From a virus, in IMG/VR virus record IMGVR_UViG_3300048838_000628, positions 18,024 to 82,023 of that record: DNA of 64,000 nt, one strand, 5' to 3'. The notes below the pieces were generated by a model, which did no database searches, was not told the DNA's origin, and worked only from the letters and a program-made list of their open reading frames with translations. Below are positions 63,217 through 64,000 of the stretch, one piece after another. Made by a program: the position numbers and the translations under genes. How positions within the stretch are numbered: the stretch's first letter is position 1; every line of letters begins with the position of its first letter.

Positions 63217-63849
63217 ATGAAAAATTTTGAATATAGTTCAGATAGTAATGATTTTGAATGGGATATTGAATATCTAAAAGATCATGACCGTGATTACTAC
63301 TATGAATTGTTAAACGCAAGTAAGGCCGCAGAAGAAGTTGCAGAGTTGCTAGAAAAAGCAGATTGTTTCTTACATCTACACGCAATGATAGATCGCGACG
63401 ATGTCTCTATTGGTTTCACTTTTTATTATAATGACGATCTTGCCGACAAAGTTCATCATGTTTGCAAATACACGCCGCCGTTCGATCCAGATTTTGAACA
63501 CGTACCTGTTAAATCTTTTTCTTATTTTCAAGAAGATTTTGAGGATGATAGAAAGTTTAAATATATTCTTTCTTCAAGCGAAATTCTTCCCGATATTGAT
63601 TTAGAACGTTTTATCAAAAAAGTTCTTGATTATATTGATGAAGAAGATCGTTGTGTTGAGTGTAATATACGCAGTAAAAAATATGGCGATTATTGCCGTT
63701 CTTGCGCAGTAAAATATGATGGCGCTGGAACTGGCGCAGAGCTGCTTTACCTTGAGAAAAAAGTACAAGAACTTGGTACTAAAGTAGGTTGTGAAAGCAC
63801 CGATCCAGAAGAAATTCTTGATTATGTTTCACGGCATATGGGAGGATAA
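63217..63849 (+). CDS. acidic protein with CxxC-CxxC Zn finger
   Basis: CVEC...CRSC; ATG just after the upstream stop. Confidence 0.65.
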   Translation: MKNFEYSSDSNDFEWDIEYLKDHDRDYYYELLNASKAAEEVAELLEKADCFLHLHAMIDRDDVSIGFTFYYNDDLADKVHHVCKYTPPFDPDFEHVPVKSFSYFQEDFEDDRKFKYILSSSEILPDIDLERFIKKVLDYIDEEDRCVECNIRSKKYGDYCRSCAVKYDGAGTGAELLYLEKKVQELGTKVGCESTDPEEILDYVSRHMGG

Positions 63850-63850
63850 A

Positions 63851-64000
63851 ATGGACTATTATAAATATCACTATTCTAACAATCCAGAACTGAAACTTGA
63901 TGATCTAGTATTTGATATAACGCCCTACCCTATTCGCAATAAGCCTAAACGTGGATTTTGGACTTCAGATGATAGTTGGAGAGAATGGTGCGAAGGTGAA
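63851..64000 (+). CDS. 3'-truncated hypothetical protein
   Basis: GGAGGA RBS; MDYYKYHYS...KPKRGFWTSDDSWREWC, open to the window end. Confidence 0.65.
   Translation, partial: MDYYKYHYSNNPELKLDDLVFDITPYPIRNKPKRGFWTSDDSWREWCEGE

Noticed and set aside
1-64000. Stop-codon reassignment
   Set aside because: Conserved genes are full length under code 11, all three stops end real genes, and no suppressor tRNA was found.

Overview
This window is an internal 64 kb piece of an AT-rich (roughly 35% GC by eye) tailed dsDNA phage with a long non-contractile tail. No integrase or repressor is visible. It has three blocks. (1) 1-14.3 kb, + strand, replication and nucleotide metabolism: a tandem paralog family, DnaE-type polymerase, pyrimidine-dimer glycosylase, DnaB-like helicase, primase, two adenine methyltransferases, ThyX, dUTPase, a GIY-YIG endonuclease, a DUF5664-like dNTP diphosphohydrolase and a pentapeptide-repeat protein. 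(2) 14.3-49.9 kb, - strand, morphogenesis and lysis: TerS-like protein, TerL with a class-3 LAGLIDADG intein, a portal flanked by twin HNH genes, protease/scaffold, Ig-fused major capsid, a GC-rich LamG/BNR-4 cassette, an SGNH esterase, two small Cys-led proteins, a DUF1360-like CxxC membrane protein, a Cys-rich adaptor, propeller-fused tail tube, a chaperone pair, a 2370-aa LysM-containing tape measure, tail-tip proteins, two fibres, a holin and two SH3-bearing putative lysins. (3) 50-64 kb, + strand, early/accessory genes behind strong sigma70-type promoters, starting GC-rich, with four tRNAs that all read A-ending codons. The best candidate for an undescribed system is a phage-encoded disulfide-bond (or metal-loading) module for a Cys-rich virion: the CxxC membrane protein and the two Cys-led small proteins sit among shell proteins carrying 8/18/8/8 Cys, whereas the tape measure has none. 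All family assignments come from motif recognition by eye; no searches were run.
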